Assembly: GCF_902459465.1 (NCBI RefSeq)
Contig: NC_047079.1
Coordinates: 248,001-312,000 of the forward strand
Reading direction: 5' to 3'
DNA: 64,000 bases
DNA from: Asterias rubens
Lineage: Eukaryota
Position numbers and translations under genes: made by a program. Below are positions 61,615-64,000 of this stretch, piece after piece (position 1 is the stretch's first letter; each line of letters starts with the position of its first letter). The notes under the pieces were generated by a model. That model had not been told where the DNA came from, ran no database searches, and worked only from the letters and a program-made list of their open reading frames with translations.

Positions 61615-61758
61615 TTAAGAATCACAAAATCACAAATTTGCTAAGGGTAAAAAATTAAGATAATTTATAACTATTCATTAAAATAAATTCACTTTCAAAT
61701 GAGTGAACATCTGAACATTGTGCCTTTTTGTATGGGGCTGATGATAGTCTGACGCATA

Positions 61759-61985
61759 CTTTTGCCTAGTACACATCTGAATGGTATTTGCCAATGAAAG
61801 TATGGTATATTGCCAATGTGATTGGATAAATCCTTTTGCCTAGTACACATCTGAATGGTATTTGCCAATGAAAGTACGGTATATTGCCAATGTGATTGGA
61901 TAAATCCTTTTGCCTAGTACACATATGAATGGTATTTGCCAATGAAAGTACGGTATATTGCCAATGTGATTGGATAAATCCTTTT
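61759..61985. repeat. 74-bp tandem repeat x3 rich in CCAAT/ATTGG
   Basis: units start 61759, 61833, 61907; three CCAAT-box matches per unit. Confidence 0.93.
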
Positions 61986-62249
61986 TCAGTGGTAGGTCTA
62001 ATTGAAGTCCCAACTTTGATCATCTCTGCTTTGAGGTGGAGGGGGGGGGGGGGGTGGGTCTGGAAGTGGTTCATGTAGATTATAAACATGGTCGCAACAC
62101 GGTTTAATACACAAACATCGCCTTTAACAGAGGCATAAACAATCATTTGAAATAACCTTAATAAAATGTGAGGCACAAGGAAAGGTTTGGTAAAATTTGT
62201 GAAGAATACTTATGGACATATCACTGGTTTTGTTAAAAAAATTAACTTG

Positions 62250-62450
62250 GAAACATTAGGCCGGGCGAAGCACATACCGTCGGCGTACGTAGCTCAATGA
62301 ACATCTGTTGTGCAATATCGAGACTGAGCAGCGCAATTAACAGATTGCTACCTTTACGAACTCGCAGCCGGGTACATTACTACACGTACACACACACGCT
62401 ATTGTATACGTCGTCCGTGCAATACTAGAACTACTATCAACACTGGATAA
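62250..62450 (-). promoter_or_regulatory. CpG-enriched segment; possible vigilin promoter or non-coding first exon
   Basis: locally high CpG upstream of the 61045 acceptor, which needs an upstream 5'UTR exon; no direct TSS evidence. Confidence 0.3.
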
Positions 62451-62807
62451 ACGATGTATTTTCTCATAAGAAAATGTGTATTTTCTAATGCTTTATATCA
62501 AATGTGAAAACATTTTTGAAAAAAAGGAAACATAAAACCTTATTTTGTCACACGGGAGTGGGATCGGGGTTGTTTTATTTTATTTTGTCTGTAAACTTTA
62601 TTTGTGTACGTCCGATCCAACCTGACCATTTTAGTAATCATAAACTGAGTATGCTAGTCAAACAAATTGAGCTCCTGGACAATCTAAGAAGAGTGTTGTT
62701 TTAGGAGCTCAAATTGAGCTCCTGAGTATTCTCAGGAGAGCGATTAAAAGAGCTCCTTCTATTTCTATAAACGAAGGTCTGAACAATTACTTTAAAAAAT
62801 TGTTTTA

Positions 62808-64000
62808 TTAATAATAATAATAATAATAACCAAATTTATAAAGCGCCTTTTCCAAAGGATGCAAAGCGCTAGGGATAATGCAACCAAAAACCAAAAAGAG
62901 AAAATGACTAGAATCAAAAACACATTAGATGGAACGATTAAACAGATGTGTTTTTAAAAGTCCTTTAAACTGTTCTACAGAAGAAGCGTTGCGGATGTTT
63001 GTTGGGAGTGAGTTCCAGTTGCGGGGACCAGTGATGGAGAATGCACGGTCTCCAAACTTCCTTGGATTCGAGGTACTACTAGATTGGATTGAGATCGAAG
63101 ACCTTCACGTTTGGGTTTGCTGAGATCTAGTGTGTCTGAAATGTAGGATGGGAAAGTATTGGATACAGTTTTGAACATGTTCAGTGCCGTCTTAAAATTG
63201 ATCCGCTGGTCAACCGGAAGCCAATGGAGATCCGTGAGCAGAGGTGTGGCATGGGAATACTTTGGCTTCTTATGGATCAGTCGAGCGGCCTTGTTTTGGA
63301 GTTTTTGTAAGCGGTTGAGATCGTGTTGCTTCAGTCCAGTGAGAAGGGAGTTACAGTAGTCCAGGCGTGAGAGTACCAGTGCACGAACAACAGAATGACA
63401 GGTGTCATAATCCAGGTATTTGCGTATCATTGTGATGTTGGGTATGTGATAGTTAACGGACCTGCAGAGACCAGTGACATGTTAACTCATTGACATGGAG
63501 TTGTCAAAAGTTACTCCCAGGTTCCGAACGGATGAGACAGGATTGATGGTTGCCATTCCTATGGTGAGGGTTAGTAGCTCAAGACGTTTGTAGTGATATG
63601 GTGACGATGCTATGAAAAACTCTGTTTTGTTTTCATTCAGCATGAGTTTGTTTGCGAGCATCCAGGTTTGGACCTCCTGGATACAGTTGGATAGCCTAAA
63701 CAAGCAGCCCTCGGCATCACACGGGATGGTAGGATCAAAACCTAGGTAAATTTAAATGTCATCAGCATACATGTGGTAGTTGACTCCATGCCGATGAAGG
63801 ATGTCCCCGATAGGAGTAACGTACATGGTGAATGCACGTGGACCGATAACAGAACCTTGAGGGACACCAAACTCAAGGTGATGGACATCAGAGTTGGCAC
63901 CTGCGGCATGGACCCAATGTGTTCTTCTTGTAAAGTAGGACGAGAACCACTGAAGAGCAGTTCGTAGTAGGATATCGTGGTCAAGGGTATCAAAAGCAGC
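62808..64000 (-). mobile_element. L2/CR1-type non-LTR retrotransposon, decayed 3' part of ORF2 (reverse transcriptase) plus 3' tail
   Basis: translation gives AAFDTLDHDILL, GVPQGSVIGP, YADD, NKLMLNENKTE, SRLDYCNSLL, LHWLP, GDRAFS..PRNWNSLP; two in-frame stops, an apparent deletion and a frameshift; ends in a GCGCT stem-loop, TATAAAT and (TTA)n. Confidence 0.92.

Noticed and set aside
62925-64000. Active reverse transcriptase or novel RT system
   Set aside because: Ordinary L2/CR1-type ORF2 remnant with two in-frame stops, a deletion and a frameshift.

Overview
Animal genomic DNA: AT-rich, GT-AG introns, many MITEs and SINEs. The repeat content suggests an invertebrate deuterostome such as a sea star (inference, not verified). 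Two intron-rich genes converge tail to tail. (1) On +, an anoctamin/TMEM16 (ANO7-like) gene whose start lies upstream of the window; 17 in-frame coding exons were traced from 2347 to 29981 (741 codons), and the terminal exon is uncertain. (2) On -, a complete vigilin (HDLBP) gene with 22 coding exons from ATG 61013 to stop 40735 (about 1283 aa). The window ends in a decayed L2/CR1-type LINE RT fragment. Introns carry TTAA-flanked Kolobok-like MITEs, hAT-like elements with 8-bp and 6-bp TSDs, Harbinger-like foldback MITEs, tRNA-derived SINEs with L2-like tails, and mini/microsatellites. The most unusual signal is that three tandem arrays are built from gene-structure boundaries. A 33-copy 71-bp array and a 4-copy 47-bp array each multiply an anoctamin 3' splice site plus the first exon bases, and only the last copy keeps the reading frame. 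A 46-bp array multiplies the vigilin C-terminal codons and stop codon in two peptide variants. Exon calls come from manual translation and recalled family motifs; no searches were run. No prokaryotic systems, CRISPR arrays, or intact tRNA/rRNA genes were found.
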